From: a phage
Length of the DNA: 64,000 nucleotides
Sequence record: PZ445435.1
Reading direction: 5' to 3' (one strand)
The number at the start of each line of letters is the position of its first letter. Position 1 is the first letter of the stretch. The position numbers and the translations under genes were made by a program. Under the pieces are notes generated by a model, which did not search any database, had not been told where the DNA came from, and was given only the letters and a program-made list of their open reading frames with translations. Positions 22,113-33,669 of this stretch are shown here, one piece after another.

Positions 22113-25100
22113 ATGGCCGAGATTAAAAGAAAGTTCAGAGCAGAAGACGGTCTGGACGCAGGTGGCGATAAAATAATCAACGTAGCTTTAGCTGATCGTA
22201 CCGTAGGAACTGACGGTGTTAACGTTGATTACTTAATTCAAGAAAACACAGTTCAACAATATGATCCAACTCGTGGATATTTAAAAGATTTTGTAATCAT
22301 TTATGATAACCGCTTTTGGGCTGCTATAAATGATATTCCAAAACCGGCAGGAGCTTTTAATAGCGGGCGCTGGAGAGCATTACGTACAGACGCAAACTGG
22401 ATTACGGTTTCATCTGGTTCATATCAATTAAAATCCGGTGAAGCTATTTCGGTTAATACTGCAACTGGAAATGACATCACGTTTACTTTACCATCTTCTC
22501 CAATTGATGGAGATACTATCGTTCTCCAAGATATTGGAGGAAAACCTGGAGTTAACCAAGTTTTAATTGTAGCTCCAGTGCAAAGTATTGTAAACTTTAG
22601 AGGTGAACAGGTACGTTCAGTACTAATGACTCATCCAAAGTCACAGCTAGTTTTAATTTTTAGTAATCGTCTGTGGCAAATGTATGTAGCTGATTATAGT
22701 AGAGAAGCTGTAGTTGTAACACCAGCGAATACTTATCAAGCGCAATCTAATGATTTTATCGTGCGTAGATTTACTTCTGCTGCACCAATTAATGTCAAAC
22801 TTCCAAGATTTGCTAATCATGGCGATATTATTAATTTCGTTGATTTAGATAAACTGAATCCACTTTATCATACAATTGTTACTACATACGATGAAACGAC
22901 TTCAGTACAAGAAGTTGGAACTCATTCCATTGAAGGCCGTACATCGATTGACGGTTTCTTGATGTTTGATGATAATGAGAAATTGTGGAGATTGTTTGAC
23001 GGGGATAGTAAAGCACGTTTACGCATTATAACGACTAATTCTAATATTCGTCCAAACGAAGAAGTTATGGTATTTGGTGCGAATAACGGAACAACCCAAA
23101 CAATTGAGCTTCAGCTTCCTACTGATATTTCTGTTGGTGATACTGTTAAAATTTCCATGAATTACATGAGAAAAGGACAAACAGTTAAAATCAAAGCTGC
23201 CGGTGAAGATAAAATTGCTTCTTCAGTTCAATTGCTGCAATTCCCAAAACGCTCAGAATATCCGCCTGAAGCTGAATGGGTTACAGTCCAAGAATTAGTT
23301 TTTAATGGTGAAACTAATTATGTTCCAGTTTTACAGCTCGCTTATATTGAAGATTCTGATGGAAAATACTGGGTTGTACAGCAAAATGTTCCAACTGTAG
23401 AAAGAGTAGATTCTTTAAATGATTCTACTAGAGCAAGATTAGGCGTAATTGCTTTAGCTACACAAGCTCAAGCTAATGTCGATTTAGAAAATTCTCCACA
23501 AAAAGAATTAGCAATTACTCCAGAAACGTTAGCTAATCGTACTGCTACAGAAACTCGCAGAGGTATTGCAAGAATAGCAACTACCGCTCAAGTAAATCAG
23601 AACACCACATTCTCTTTTGCAGATGACCTTATCATTACTCCTAAAAAGCTGAATGAAAGAACTGCTACAGAAACTCGTAGAGGTGTTGCTGAAATTGCTA
23701 CGCAGCAAGAAACTAATACAGGTACTGATGATACTACAATCATCACTCCTAAAAAGCTTCAAGCTCGCCAAGGTTCTGAATCATTATCTGGTATTGTAAC
23801 TTTTGTATCTACTGCAGGTGCTACTCCAGCTTCTAGTCGTGAATTAAATGGTACGAATGTTTATAATAAAAACACTAATAATTTAGTTGTTTCACCTAAA
23901 GCTTTGGATCAGTATAAAGCTACTCCAACACAGCAAGGTGCAGTAATTTTAGCAGTTGAAAGTGAAGTAATTGCTGGACAAAGTCAGGAAGGATGGGCAA
24001 ATGCTGTTGTAACGCCAGAAACGTTACATAAAAAGACATCAACTGATGGAAGAATTGGTTTAATTGAAATTGCTACACAAAGTGAAGTTAATACAGGAAC
24101 TGATTATACTCGTGCAGTCACTCCTAAAACTTTAAATGACCGTAGAGCAACTGAAAGTTTAAGTGGTATAGCTGAAATTGCTACACAAGTTGAATTCGAC
24201 GCAGGCGTCGACGATACTCGTATCTCTACACCATTAAAAATTAAAACTAGATTTAATAGTACTGATCGTACTTCTGTTGTTGCTCTATCTGGATTAGTTG
24301 AATCAGGAACTCTCTGGGACCATTATACCCTTAATATTCTTGAAGCAAATGAGACACAGCGTGGTACACTTCGTGTAGCTACACAGGTTGAAGCTGCTGC
24401 AGGAACATTAGATAATGTTTTAATAACTCCTAAAAAGCTTTTAGGTACTAAATCTACCGAATCGCAAGAAGGTGTTATTAAAGTTGCAACTCAGTCTGAA
24501 ACTGTGACTGGAACATCAGCAAATACTGCTGTATCTCCAAAAAATTTAAAATGGATTGTGCAGAGTGAACCTACCTGGGCAGCTACTACTGCGATAAGAG
24601 GTTTTGTTAAAACTTCATCTGGTTCAATTACATTCGTTGGTAATGATACAGTCGGTTCTACCCAAGATTTAGAACTGTATGAGAAAAATAGCTATGCGGT
24701 ATCACCATATGAATTAAACCGTGTATTAGCAAATTATTTGCCGTTAAAAGCAAAAGCTGTAGATAGTAATTTATTGGATGGTCTAGATTCATCTCAGTTC
24801 ATTCGTAGGGACATTGCGCAGACAGTTAATGGTTCACTAACCTTAACCCAACAAACGAATCTGAGTGCCCCTCTTGTATCATCTAGTACTGCTGCGTTTG
24901 GTGGTTCAGTTTCGGCAAATAGTACATTAACTATTTCTAATACTGGAACGGCAACTCGTCTGATTTTTGAGAAAGGACCTCAAACTGGAACTAACCCAGC
25001 GCAGACGATGACTATCAGAGTTTGGGGAAATCAGTTTGGTGGTGGATCAGATACAACACGTTCTACTGTATTTGAAGTTGGTGATGAAACATCTAATCAC

Positions 25101-25982
25101 TTTTATTCTCAACGTAATAAAGCTGGTAATATTACGTTTAGCATTAATGGTACTGTGATGCCAATAAATGTTAACGCTTCCGGTTCATTGAATGCGAATG
25201 GCGTAGCAACATTTGGTAGTTCAGTTACAGCCAATGGTGAATTCATTAGCAAGTCTGCAAATGCTTTCAGAGCAATAAACGGTGATTATGGATTCTTTAT
25301 CAGGAATGATGGCGGCAGTACATATTTTATGCTTACTGCATCTGGTGATCAGACCGGTGGATTTAATGGATTACGTCCATTATCAATTAATAATCAATCC
25401 GGTCAAGTCACAATTGGTGAAAGCTTAATCATTGCCAAAGGTGCTACTATAAATTCAGGCGGTTTAACTGTTAACTCGAGAATTCGTTCTCAGGGTACTA
25501 AAACATCTGATTTATATACCCGTGCGCCAACATCTGATACGGTAGGATTCTGGTCAATTGATATTAACGATTCAGCCACTTATAACCAATTCCCGGGTTA
25601 TTTTAAAATGGTTGAAAAAACTAATGAAGTGACTGGGCTTCCATACTTAGAACGTGGAGAAGAAGTTAAATCTCCTGGTACACTGACTCAGTTTGGTAAT
25701 ACACTTGATTCACTTTACCAAGATTGGATTACTTATCCAACGACGTCAGACGCGCGTACCACTCGCTGGACACGTACATGGCAGAAAACCAAAAACTCTT
25801 GGTCAAGTTTTGTTCAGGTATTTGATGGAGGTAACCCTCCTCAACCATCTGATATCGGTGCTTTACCATCTGATAATGCCACAATGGGTAATCTTACTAT
25901 TCGTGATTTCTTACGAATTGGTAATGTTCGCATTATTCCTGACCCAGTGAATAAAACGGTTAAATTTGAATGGGTTGAATAA
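22113..25982 (+). CDS. 34: long tail fibre proximal subunit gp34
   Basis: 1289 aa; internal phage-fibre repeats; N-terminus matches T4 gp34. Confidence 0.95.
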   Translation: MAEIKRKFRAEDGLDAGGDKIINVALADRTVGTDGVNVDYLIQENTVQQYDPTRGYLKDFVIIYDNRFWAAINDIPKPAGAFNSGRWRALRTDANWITVSSGSYQLKSGEAISVNTATGNDITFTLPSSPIDGDTIVLQDIGGKPGVNQVLIVAPVQSIVNFRGEQVRSVLMTHPKSQLVLIFSNRLWQMYVADYSREAVVVTPANTYQAQSNDFIVRRFTSAAPINVKLPRFANHGDIINFVDLDKLNPLYHTIVTTYDETTSVQEVGTHSIEGRTSIDGFLMFDDNEKLWRLFDGDSKARLRIITTNSNIRPNEEVMVFGANNGTTQTIELQLPTDISVGDTVKISMNYMRKGQTVKIKAAGEDKIASSVQLLQFPKRSEYPPEAEWVTVQELVFNGETNYVPVLQLAYIEDSDGKYWVVQQNVPTVERVDSLNDSTRARLGVIALATQAQANVDLENSPQKELAITPETLANRTATETRRGIARIATTAQVNQNTTFSFADDLIITPKKLNERTATETRRGVAEIATQQETNTGTDDTTIITPKKLQARQGSESLSGIVTFVSTAGATPASSRELNGTNVYNKNTNNLVVSPKALDQYKATPTQQGAVILAVESEVIAGQSQEGWANAVVTPETLHKKTSTDGRIGLIEIATQSEVNTGTDYTRAVTPKTLNDRRATESLSGIAEIATQVEFDAGVDDTRISTPLKIKTRFNSTDRTSVVALSGLVESGTLWDHYTLNILEANETQRGTLRVATQVEAAAGTLDNVLITPKKLLGTKSTESQEGVIKVATQSETVTGTSANTAVSPKNLKWIVQSEPTWAATTAIRGFVKTSSGSITFVGNDTVGSTQDLELYEKNSYAVSPYELNRVLANYLPLKAKAVDSNLLDGLDSSQFIRRDIAQTVNGSLTLTQQTNLSAPLVSSSTAAFGGSVSANSTLTISNTGTATRLIFEKGPQTGTNPAQTMTIRVWGNQFGGGSDTTRSTVFEVGDETSNHFYSQRNKAGNITFSINGTVMPINVNASGSLNANGVATFGSSVTANGEFISKSANAFRAINGDYGFFIRNDGGSTYFMLTASGDQTGGFNGLRPLSINNQSGQVTIGESLIIAKGATINSGGLTVNSRIRSQGTKTSDLYTRAPTSDTVGFWSIDINDSATYNQFPGYFKMVEKTNEVTGLPYLERGEEVKSPGTLTQFGNTLDSLYQDWITYPTTSDARTTRWTRTWQKTKNSWSSFVQVFDGGNPPQPSDIGALPSDNATMGNLTIRDFLRIGNVRIIPDPVNKTVKFEWVE

Positions 25983-25990
25983 GAGGTATT

Positions 25991-27106
25991 ATGGAAAAAT
26001 TTATGGCAGAGTTTGGACAAGGATATGTCCAAACGCCATTTTTATCGGAAAGTAATTCAGTAAGATACAAAATAAGTATAGCGGGTTCTTGCCCGCTTTC
26101 TACAGCAGGACCATACGTTAAATTTCAGGATAATCCTGTAGGAAGTCAAACATTTAGCGCAGGTCTTCATTTAAGAGTTTTTGACCCTTCCACCGGAGCA
26201 TTAGTTGATAGTAAGTCATATGCTTTTTCGACTTCAAATGATACTACATCAGCTGCTTTTGTTAGTTTCATGAATTCTTTGACGAATAATCGAATTGTCG
26301 CTATATTAACTAGTGGAAAGGTTAATTTTCCTCCTGAAGTAGTATCTTGGTTAAGAACCGCCGGAACGTCTGCTTTTCCATCTGATTCTATATTGTCAAG
26401 ATTCGACGTATCATATGCTGCTTTTTATACTTCTTCTAAAAGAGCTATTGCATTAGAGCATGTTAAATTAAGTAATAGAAAAAGCACAGATGATTATCAA
26501 ACTATTTTAGATGTTGTATTTGACAGTTTAGAAGACGTCGGAGCTACCGGGTTTCCAAGAAGAACGTATGAAAGCGTTGAGCAATTCATGTCAGCGGTTG
26601 GTGGAACTAATAACGAAATTGCGCGTCTACCAACTTCAGCTACTATAAGTAAATTATCTGATTATAATTTAATTCCTGGCGATGTTCTTTATCTTAAAGC
26701 TCAGTTATATGCTGATGCCGATTTACTTGCTCTTGGAACTACAAATATATCTATCCGTTTTTATAATGCATCAAATGGATATATTTCCTCGACACAAGCT
26801 GAATTTACCGGACAAGCTGGGTCATGGGAATTAAAGGAAGATTATGTAGTTGTTCCAGAAAACGCTGTAGGATTTACGATATATGCACAAAGAACTGCTA
26901 AAGCTGGCCAAGGTGGCATGAGAAATTTAAGCTTTTCTGAAGTATCAAGAAACGGTGGTATTTCAAAACCTGCTGAATTTGGCGTCAACGGTATTCGTGT
27001 TAATTATATCTGTGAATCCGCTTCACCTCCGGATATAATGGTACTTCCTACGCAAGCATCATCTAAAACTGGTAAAGTGTTTGGGCAAGAATTTAGAGAA
27101 GTATAA
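25991..27106 (+). CDS. 35: long tail fibre hinge protein gp35
   Basis: 371 aa; matches recalled T4 gp35. Confidence 0.9.
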   Translation: MEKFMAEFGQGYVQTPFLSESNSVRYKISIAGSCPLSTAGPYVKFQDNPVGSQTFSAGLHLRVFDPSTGALVDSKSYAFSTSNDTTSAAFVSFMNSLTNNRIVAILTSGKVNFPPEVVSWLRTAGTSAFPSDSILSRFDVSYAAFYTSSKRAIALEHVKLSNRKSTDDYQTILDVVFDSLEDVGATGFPRRTYESVEQFMSAVGGTNNEIARLPTSATISKLSDYNLIPGDVLYLKAQLYADADLLALGTTNISIRFYNASNGYISSTQAEFTGQAGSWELKEDYVVVPENAVGFTIYAQRTAKAGQGGMRNLSFSEVSRNGGISKPAEFGVNGIRVNYICESASPPDIMVLPTQASSKTGKVFGQEFREV

Positions 27107-27108
27107 AT

Positions 27109-27137
27109 TGAGGGAGCCTTCGGGTTCCCTTTTTCTT
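27109..27137 (+). terminator. rho-independent terminator after gene 35
   Basis: AGGGAGCC-UUCG-GGUUCCCU hairpin followed by UUUUCUUU. Confidence 0.6.
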
Positions 27138-27145
27138 TATAAATA
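27138..27145 (+). promoter_or_regulatory. late promoter TATAAATA for genes 36-37
   Basis: Exact consensus 24 nt upstream of gene 36 ATG. Confidence 0.7.
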
Positions 27146-27168
27146 CTATTAAAATAAAGGGGCATACA

Positions 27169-27834
27169 ATGGCTGATTTAAAAGTAGGTTCAACAACCGG
27201 AGGCTCTGTCATTTGGCATCAAGGAAATTTTCCATTGAATCCAGCCGGTGACGATGTACTCTATAAATCATTTAAAATATATTCAGAATATAATAAACCA
27301 CAAGCTGCTGATAACGATTTCGTTTCTAAAGCTAATGGTGGTACTTATGCATCAAAGGTAACATTTAACGGTGGAATTCAAGTTCCGTATGCTGTAAACA
27401 ACACAAACCCATGCGGTGTTTATCCAGGTAACGGTGATAATGCTACTTTTGCTGTAGCAAATATCGATATTGTTTCGTGGAATGGTATTGGTTTTAAATC
27501 ATCACAAGGTTCAGCAGCTCGAACTGTTGTAATTAATGCACGTAATGGTGATATTAGTACAAAAGGCGTTGTGTCGGCAGCAGGTCAAGTAAGAAGTGAT
27601 GCGGCTGCTCCTATAGCAGCGAATGACCTTACTAGAAAGGACTATGTTGATGGAGCAATAAATACTGTTACGGCAAATGCAAACTCTAGGGTGCTACGGT
27701 CTGGTGACACCATGATAGGTAATTTAACAGCGCCAAACTTTTTCTCGCAGAATCCTGCATCTCAACCTTCACACGTTCCACGATTTGACCAAATCGTAAT
27801 TAAGGATTCTGTTCAAGATTTCGGCTATTATTAA
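27169..27834 (+). CDS. 36: long tail fibre distal connector gp36
   Basis: 221 aa; synteny and size. Confidence 0.9.
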   Translation: MADLKVGSTTGGSVIWHQGNFPLNPAGDDVLYKSFKIYSEYNKPQAADNDFVSKANGGTYASKVTFNGGIQVPYAVNNTNPCGVYPGNGDNATFAVANIDIVSWNGIGFKSSQGSAARTVVINARNGDISTKGVVSAAGQVRSDAAAPIAANDLTRKDYVDGAINTVTANANSRVLRSGDTMIGNLTAPNFFSQNPASQPSHVPRFDQIVIKDSVQDFGYY

Positions 27835-27842
27835 GAGGACTT

Positions 27843-30800
27843 ATGGCTACTTTAAAACAAATACAATTTAAAAGAAGCAAAACCGCAGGTGCACGTCCTG
27901 CTGCTTCAGTATTAGCCGAAGGTGAATTGGCTATAAACTTAAAAGATAGAACAATTTTTACTAAAGATGATTCAGGAAATATCATCGATTTAAGCATTTC
28001 TACTGGCGGTAATATCAGTGGTAATATCACTCAAACTGGTGATTATACACAGACTGGAAAATTTAATTTAATTGGTCCGCAAATTGTAGCAAGCGGTGGA
28101 TATATTGAGTTTAATTATCGTACTACTGGAAGTGGGGCTTGGTCCGGTCAACATACTGCGAAAGCTCCAATTTTTGTAGATTTAAGCTCAGCTACTTCCA
28201 CATCTGAATATAATCCTATAATTAAACAGCGCTTTAAAGATGGAACTTTTTCATTAGGTACTTTAGTTTCTGAAGGTTCGTTGAAGATTCATTATATCAA
28301 TGAATCTGGCGATTCGAAATATTGGACGTTTCGACGTGACGGCGGATTTACTGTTGACGGTGGAGGTTTAGCAGTATCAGGAGGTAGTATAACTACATCT
28401 GGAAATATTGCAGCTATTGGAAATATTACTTCGCCTCAGATTAATACTAAAAATATTATTTTAGATACAAAAGCATTTGGACAATACGATTCGCAATCAT
28501 TAGTTCAATATGTTTATCCTGGAACAGGCGAAGAAAATGGTATAAACTATCTTCGTAAAGTTCGAGCTAAATCAGGCGGTACAATTTATCATGAATTAGC
28601 TTCTGCGCAAACCGGAAAAAGTGATGAACTTTCTTGGTGGACTGGTAATACAGCCGTTAATAAACAAATGGGTCTTCGTAATGATGGGGCTTTAGTATTA
28701 CGACGCTCACTCGCAATTGGTACAATTACAACAGATGAAAACATTAATAACTACGGCTCCGCTGGAGCAATGGGCGAATGTTATATAGTTATCGGTGATG
28801 CATCAACAGGCTTATCATACAAAAAAACTGGAGTATATGATTTAGTTGCTAGTGGTCTTTCTTTAGCATCTATTACTCCTGATAGTTTCCGTAGTACCCG
28901 TAAAGCGATTTTTGGTCGTTCCGAGGACCAAGGTACAACATGGATTATGCCTGGAACCAACGCCGCGTTTTTATCGGTTCAAACACAAGCTGATGAAAAC
29001 ACTGCTGGAGACGGCCAGACGCATATTGGCTATAACTCAGGCGGAAAAATGAACCACTATTTCCGTGGTAAAGGCAAAACTAATATTAATACTCAAGAAG
29101 GCATGGAAGTTAACCCGGGTATTTTGAAATTGGTAACTGGCTCTAATAATGTAATGTTTTATGCTGATGGCGGTATTACATCTGTTAAGCAGCTTTCAAT
29201 ATATAATGGCATATATTTAGCAGCTAATAATTCTACTGCTGGGCTAACATTCGCTCCAACTACTACAATTGATGGCACTAAGCAAATTTTGTGGGAAGGC
29301 GGTACTCGTGCTGGTCAGAATAAAAGCTATGTAACTGTTAAAGCATGGGGTAATTCATTTAACGCATCTGGCGATCGTAATCGTGAAACGGTTTTTGAAG
29401 TAGCTGATGGACAAGGATATTATTTTTATTCACAGCGTGTGGCTCCAAGTGGCTCTGAAACTACTGGGCCTGTTGTAACCCAGTTCAATGGACAAGTTAA
29501 TGCTAGAGGAAGTATTATTACTGACGGAAGTTTTAAAGTTAATGGATTAAGCACTTTAGTCGGTAATGTTACCATGTCTAATGGTTTGTTTGTCCAAGGT
29601 GGTTCTTCTATTACTGGACAAGTAAAAATTGGTGGAACTGCTGATGCATTAAGAATTTGGAATGCCGAATACGGTGCTATTTTCCGTCGCTCAGAAACAG
29701 CATTACATATTATCCCGACTCCTAAAGATGCCGGTGAAAGTGGTGGAATAAGTAATCTCCGCCCACTTAGTATTAGTCTTAATAATGGTATGGTACAAAT
29801 GCGCCATTCTGTTACGTTAGGCGATGATGGCGCTGGCGGTAATATGATTACTGTGGACAACGATACCAAACTTGTTGTTGTTACTAGTAATAGTCGCATT
29901 TCTCCTAATTACCGTATGCAGGTAGGACAAGCAGCTTATATTGATGCTGAATGTACTGACACAGTTCGCCCGGCTGGTGCAGGGTCTTTTGCTTCACAAA
30001 ATAATGAAAACGTTCGTGCTCCATTCTATATGAATATTAATCGTACAGATACAAGTACTTACGTTCCTATTTTGAAACAACGATATGTCCAAGGAAACAG
30101 TTGTTATTCTCTGGGAACTCTAATTAACGGCGGTAACTTCAGAGTTCATTATCATGAAGGCGGCGATGGCGGTTCGACTGGCGCTATTATAAAGGATTTA
30201 GGTTGGGAATTTAACAAAAATGGTGATTTTATATCTCCTAAGCGTGTTTCTGCTGGTGGTTCAGTTTATTTAGGTACAGACGGCAATATTACAGGTGGTT
30301 CTGGCAATTTTGCTAATTTAAACAGTACAATTGAATCACTTAAAACCGATATTGTATCGAGTTACCCAATCGGTGCTCCTATTCCATGGCCAACGGATAC
30401 TCCTCCTGACGGTTACGCTATTATGGAAGGCCAGACTTTTGATAAGTCTGCATACCCAAAATTGGCTATGGCTTACCCATCTGGCGTAATTCCAGATATG
30501 CGCGGGCAAACTATTAAAGGTAAACCAAGTGGTCGAGCTGTATTAAGCGCAGAAGCCGATGGTGTTAAGGCTCATAGCCATAGTGCATCGGCTTCAAGTA
30601 CTGACTTGGGTACTAAAACTACGTCGAGTTTTGATTATGGTACTAAGACGACAAGTAGCTTTAACTATGGCACTAAGACTAGCAATACCACAGGTAACCA
30701 CTCTCATACTGTAAGCGGTACTACGAGTTCTGCTGGTGCACACCAACATGCGCGCTCAGGTCCTCAGATACAAGCCGGCATACCCAATAACATATTCTAT

Positions 30801-31118
30801 GACGGATATAATAGTGTAGGTGCAAACGCCAACGCTAAATTCACTGGAACCGTGAACGGTGCTACTGCAGGGTCGAATATAGCCAAAACTTCTTCAGACG
30901 GTGCTCATACTCATACTTGGTCTGGTACTACAAGCACTACAGGTAACCATGCTCACACAGTAGGTATTGGTGCTCATACCCATACTGTAGGTATCGGTGC
31001 TCATACCCACACGGTAGCAATTGGCTCGCATGGTCATACTATCACTGTAAATAGTACAGGTAATACAGAAAACACGGTTAAAAACATTGCTTTTAACTAT
31101 ATCGTTCGTTTAGCATAA
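27843..31118 (+). CDS. 37: long tail fibre distal subunit gp37 (receptor-binding tip with HxH needle)
   Basis: 1091 aa; N- and C-termini match T4 gp37, central region divergent. Confidence 0.95.
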   Translation: MATLKQIQFKRSKTAGARPAASVLAEGELAINLKDRTIFTKDDSGNIIDLSISTGGNISGNITQTGDYTQTGKFNLIGPQIVASGGYIEFNYRTTGSGAWSGQHTAKAPIFVDLSSATSTSEYNPIIKQRFKDGTFSLGTLVSEGSLKIHYINESGDSKYWTFRRDGGFTVDGGGLAVSGGSITTSGNIAAIGNITSPQINTKNIILDTKAFGQYDSQSLVQYVYPGTGEENGINYLRKVRAKSGGTIYHELASAQTGKSDELSWWTGNTAVNKQMGLRNDGALVLRRSLAIGTITTDENINNYGSAGAMGECYIVIGDASTGLSYKKTGVYDLVASGLSLASITPDSFRSTRKAIFGRSEDQGTTWIMPGTNAAFLSVQTQADENTAGDGQTHIGYNSGGKMNHYFRGKGKTNINTQEGMEVNPGILKLVTGSNNVMFYADGGITSVKQLSIYNGIYLAANNSTAGLTFAPTTTIDGTKQILWEGGTRAGQNKSYVTVKAWGNSFNASGDRNRETVFEVADGQGYYFYSQRVAPSGSETTGPVVTQFNGQVNARGSIITDGSFKVNGLSTLVGNVTMSNGLFVQGGSSITGQVKIGGTADALRIWNAEYGAIFRRSETALHIIPTPKDAGESGGISNLRPLSISLNNGMVQMRHSVTLGDDGAGGNMITVDNDTKLVVVTSNSRISPNYRMQVGQAAYIDAECTDTVRPAGAGSFASQNNENVRAPFYMNINRTDTSTYVPILKQRYVQGNSCYSLGTLINGGNFRVHYHEGGDGGSTGAIIKDLGWEFNKNGDFISPKRVSAGGSVYLGTDGNITGGSGNFANLNSTIESLKTDIVSSYPIGAPIPWPTDTPPDGYAIMEGQTFDKSAYPKLAMAYPSGVIPDMRGQTIKGKPSGRAVLSAEADGVKAHSHSASASSTDLGTKTTSSFDYGTKTTSSFNYGTKTSNTTGNHSHTVSGTTSSAGAHQHARSGPQIQAGIPNNIFYDGYNSVGANANAKFTGTVNGATAGSNIAKTSSDGAHTHTWSGTTSTTGNHAHTVGIGAHTHTVGIGAHTHTVAIGSHGHTITVNSTGNTENTVKNIAFNYIVRLA
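30609..30689 (+). repeat. 30-bp tandem repeat (about 2.7 copies) encoding GTKTTSSF(D/N)Y within gene 37
   Basis: Direct inspection of adjacent near-identical 30-mers. Confidence 0.7.
30954..31034 (+). repeat. 27-bp tandem repeat x3 encoding HTVGIGAHT His-box (metal-binding HxH) in gene 37
   Basis: Three consecutive 27-mers. Confidence 0.7.
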
Positions 31119-31122
31119 GGAG

Positions 31123-31138
31123 AGGGGCTTCGGCCCCT
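31123..31138 (+). promoter_or_regulatory. stem-loop (AGGGGC-UUCG-GCCCCU) sequestering the gene 38 RBS region
   Basis: Perfect stem between gene 37 stop and gene 38 ATG, no U-tract. Confidence 0.45.
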
Positions 31139-31145
31139 TCTAAAT

Positions 31146-31697
31146 ATGAAAATATATCATTATTATTTTGACACTAAAGAATTTTACAAAGAAGAAAATT
31201 ACAAACCGGTTAAAGGCCTCGGTCTTCCTGCTCATTCAACAATTAAAAAACCTTTAGAACCTAAAGAAGGATATGCAGTTGTATTTGATGAACGTACTCA
31301 GGATTGGATTTATGAAGAAGACCATCGCGGAAAACGAGCATGGACTTTTAATAAAGAAGAAATTTTTATAAGTGAAATTGGAAGCCCGGTTGGTATAACT
31401 TTTGATGAGCCTGGCGAATTTGATATATGGACTGATGACGGTTGGAAAGAAGACGAAACATATAAGCGAGTTTTAATTCGTAATAGAAAAATTGAAGAAT
31501 TATATAAAGAGTTCCAAGTTTTAAATAATATGATTGAAGCTTCTGTCGCCAATAAAAAGGAAAAATTTTATTATAAAAACCTTAAGCGGTTCTTTGCTCT
31601 TTTAGAAAAGCATGAGCATTTAGGTGGTGAATTCCCTTCATGGCCTGAAAAAGAACGGAAACCTTGGTATAAGCGTTTATTCAAGCATTACGTATAA
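31146..31697 (+). CDS. 38: tail fibre assembly chaperone gp38 (T4-type)
   Basis: 183 aa; matches recalled T4 gp38. Confidence 0.9.
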   Translation: MKIYHYYFDTKEFYKEENYKPVKGLGLPAHSTIKKPLEPKEGYAVVFDERTQDWIYEEDHRGKRAWTFNKEEIFISEIGSPVGITFDEPGEFDIWTDDGWKEDETYKRVLIRNRKIEELYKEFQVLNNMIEASVANKKEKFYYKNLKRFFALLEKHEHLGGEFPSWPEKERKPWYKRLFKHYV

Positions 31698-31700
31698 ATA
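31693..31700 (+). promoter_or_regulatory. late promoter TATAAATA for gene t
   Basis: Exact consensus overlapping gene 38 stop. Confidence 0.65.
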
Positions 31701-31717
31701 TCTTAAAAGGAGGGTCT

Positions 31718-32374
31718 ATGGCAGCACCTAGAATATCATTTTCGCCCTCTGATATTCTGTTTGGTGTTCTAGATCGCTTGTTCAAAGATAACGCTACTGG
31801 GAAGGTTCTTGCTTCCCGGGTAGCTGTCGTAATTCTTTTATTTATGATGGCGATTGTTTGGTATAGGGGAGATAGTTTCTTTGAGTACTATAAGCAATCA
31901 AAGTATGAAACATACCGTGAAATTGTTGAAAAGGAAAGAACTGCACGCTTTGAATCTGTCGCCCTGGAACAACTCCAGATAGTACATATATCATCTGAGG
32001 CAGACTTTAGTGCGGTGTATTCTTTCCGCCCTAAAAACTTAAACTATTTTGTTGATATTATAGCATACGAAGGAAGATTACCTTCAACAATAACTGAAAA
32101 ATCACTTGGAGGATATCCTGTTGATAAAACTATGGATGAATATATAGTTCATTTAAATGGACGTCATTATTATTCTGACTCAAAATTTGCTTTTTTACCA
32201 ACTAAAAAGCCTACTCCCGAAATAAACTACATGTATAGTTGTCCATATTTTAATTTGGATAATATCTATGCTGGAACAATAACAATGTACTGGTATAGAA
32301 ATGATCATATAAGTAATGACCGCCTTGAATCAATATGTGCTCAGGCGGCCAGAATATTAGGAAGGGCTAAATAA
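31718..32374 (+). CDS. t: holin T
   Basis: 218 aa, single N-terminal TM segment and large periplasmic domain. Confidence 0.9.
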   Translation: MAAPRISFSPSDILFGVLDRLFKDNATGKVLASRVAVVILLFMMAIVWYRGDSFFEYYKQSKYETYREIVEKERTARFESVALEQLQIVHISSEADFSAVYSFRPKNLNYFVDIIAYEGRLPSTITEKSLGGYPVDKTMDEYIVHLNGRHYYSDSKFAFLPTKKPTPEINYMYSCPYFNLDNIYAGTITMYWYRNDHISNDRLESICAQAARILGRAK

Positions 32375-32647
32375 TTATTTGTTCGTATACATCTCTAGAT
32401 ATCGATATACACCCTCAAAACCCTCGTTGAATTCGTCGATGAGGGTTTTCTTATCTTCTTGAGTTAATTCAGAAACAATTTTACGGAATGAATTCTGATT
32501 TAATTTTCTACCTTCATGCGTTACTCCAATCTCATTCAGAAATGCAATAAAATTAGCACGATTCTCAACAATATCTTCTCTGGAAAATTTAATCAAAATA
32601 GACGCAACAGTAATAATTTCACGAACTGTATCAATGTTTTTATTCAT
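32375..32647 (-). CDS. asiA: anti-sigma70 factor AsiA
   Basis: 90 aa; matches recalled T4 AsiA. Confidence 0.9.
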   Translation of the reverse strand: MNKNIDTVREIITVASILIKFSREDIVENRANFIAFLNEIGVTHEGRKLNQNSFRKIVSELTQEDKKTLIDEFNEGFEGVYRYLEMYTNK

Positions 32648-32659
32648 TAACTATACCAC

Positions 32660-32812
32660 TCAATTAGTTGACTTTGTTATAATATCATCAGACGCTTGAT
32701 TTGTAAACTGGTCTGTGTTATTTTCTTCAAAAATTTTTTCTACGAATTCCTTGAACGACTCGCGTTCCTGAGCTACATTATGCTCGATTACTTTTTCAAG
32801 ATTATGACTCAT
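32660..32812 (-). CDS. small acidic ORF (50 aa, not in supplied track)
   Basis: Own translation; ATGA overlap with upstream ORF stop. Confidence 0.3.
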   Translation of the reverse strand: MSHNLEKVIEHNVAQERESFKEFVEKIFEENNTDQFTNQASDDIITKSTN

Positions 32813-33087
32813 TCGAAATAATCTTCAATTTCATAATCATGGACGTAAATCATTATAGTTTTTAATACATCATCAATACTTTTTCCTGGAGCTGGAATTA
32901 CGTAGAAATATCCTGCTTTTGAGAGGTCTTTATAAGTTCCAATCAAGAAATCATTATTCTCAAGATGTAGTTCTTCAACTAATTCATTAACAATTGAATG
33001 GTATAGGTTTGGTAGAAACTTATATAGCTTTTCTAGAATATCAATTTTGATTGTGTATTGAACCACGGATTGAGAATCAATAATCAT
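32809..33087 (-). CDS. arn: probable Arn (anti-restriction, McrBC inhibitor)
   Basis: 92 aa acidic protein at the T4 arn position. Confidence 0.6.
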   Translation of the reverse strand: MIIDSQSVVQYTIKIDILEKLYKFLPNLYHSIVNELVEELHLENNDFLIGTYKDLSKAGYFYVIPAPGKSIDDVLKTIMIYVHDYEIEDYFE

Positions 33088-33170
33088 AGACCTTCCCCTT
33101 ATGTTTCTGTTTGCGATTAGATTCTTTAAACGCTTTCTTCTTATCCTTATGAACAGAAGCTTTATTAAAA

Positions 33171-33389
33171 TTATGTTTTGCGACTAAATTGTTCATAGTG
33201 CTGAATTACCTCTCTCAAACATTTGCATGTGAATGAAAACTTTTTAGCTACACCACATTCAAATATATGTTCTCTTAAATCGTGTGTATCCGTATATCCC
33301 ATCTCAACAATAAAATGCCGTATTAGATTTTTATCTTTATCATTGAGAGAATTAAAATAATCAGATTTTGAATTAATTTCCCTGGCCAA
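33171..33389 (-). CDS. hypothetical protein (72 aa, Cys-containing)
   Basis: ORF track. Confidence 0.4.
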   Translation of the reverse strand: MAREINSKSDYFNSLNDKDKNLIRHFIVEMGYTDTHDLREHIFECGVAKKFSFTCKCLREVIQHYEQFSRKT

Positions 33390-33669
33390 ATTGAATCACC
33401 TTCAGTTGACGTTTTAACTCTTTTATCATTTCTTCGTTCATCGCAATATAAAGATCACGTAAAGCAGGTTTTAGCATTCCATTTATTGGGGAACTAAATG
33501 GACATACATAATCTTTTCCTACGAGCTTTTTGGTGAATTCCATATTACAGAATTGAAATGCCGGTTCATTGGCATAAATTCCCCAATTAGTTGACATCAT
33601 TTTATTGGCATATTCCAGTGCCTTAATTTGATTCGTAATTCCGTCAATTTGAAACTTTTTAATATTCAT
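33373..33669 (-). CDS. hypothetical protein (98 aa)
   Basis: ORF track. Confidence 0.45.
   Translation of the reverse strand: MNIKKFQIDGITNQIKALEYANKMMSTNWGIYANEPAFQFCNMEFTKKLVGKDYVCPFSSPINGMLKPALRDLYIAMNEEMIKELKRQLKVIQFGQGN

Noticed and set aside
21983-22180. 65-aa minus-strand ORF spanning the rnh-34 junction
   Set aside because: Covers the gene 34 late promoter and start; rnh starts at the internal ATG, so this is a frame artefact.
29426-29899. 157-aa minus-strand ORF inside gene 37
   Set aside because: Antisense to a well-supported late structural gene; Pro/Leu/Ser-rich composition typical of a reverse-frame artefact.
31123-31138. Stem-loop between genes 37 and 38 as a transcription terminator
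   Set aside because: No downstream U-tract and gene 38 starts 8 nt later; more likely an RBS-associated structure.
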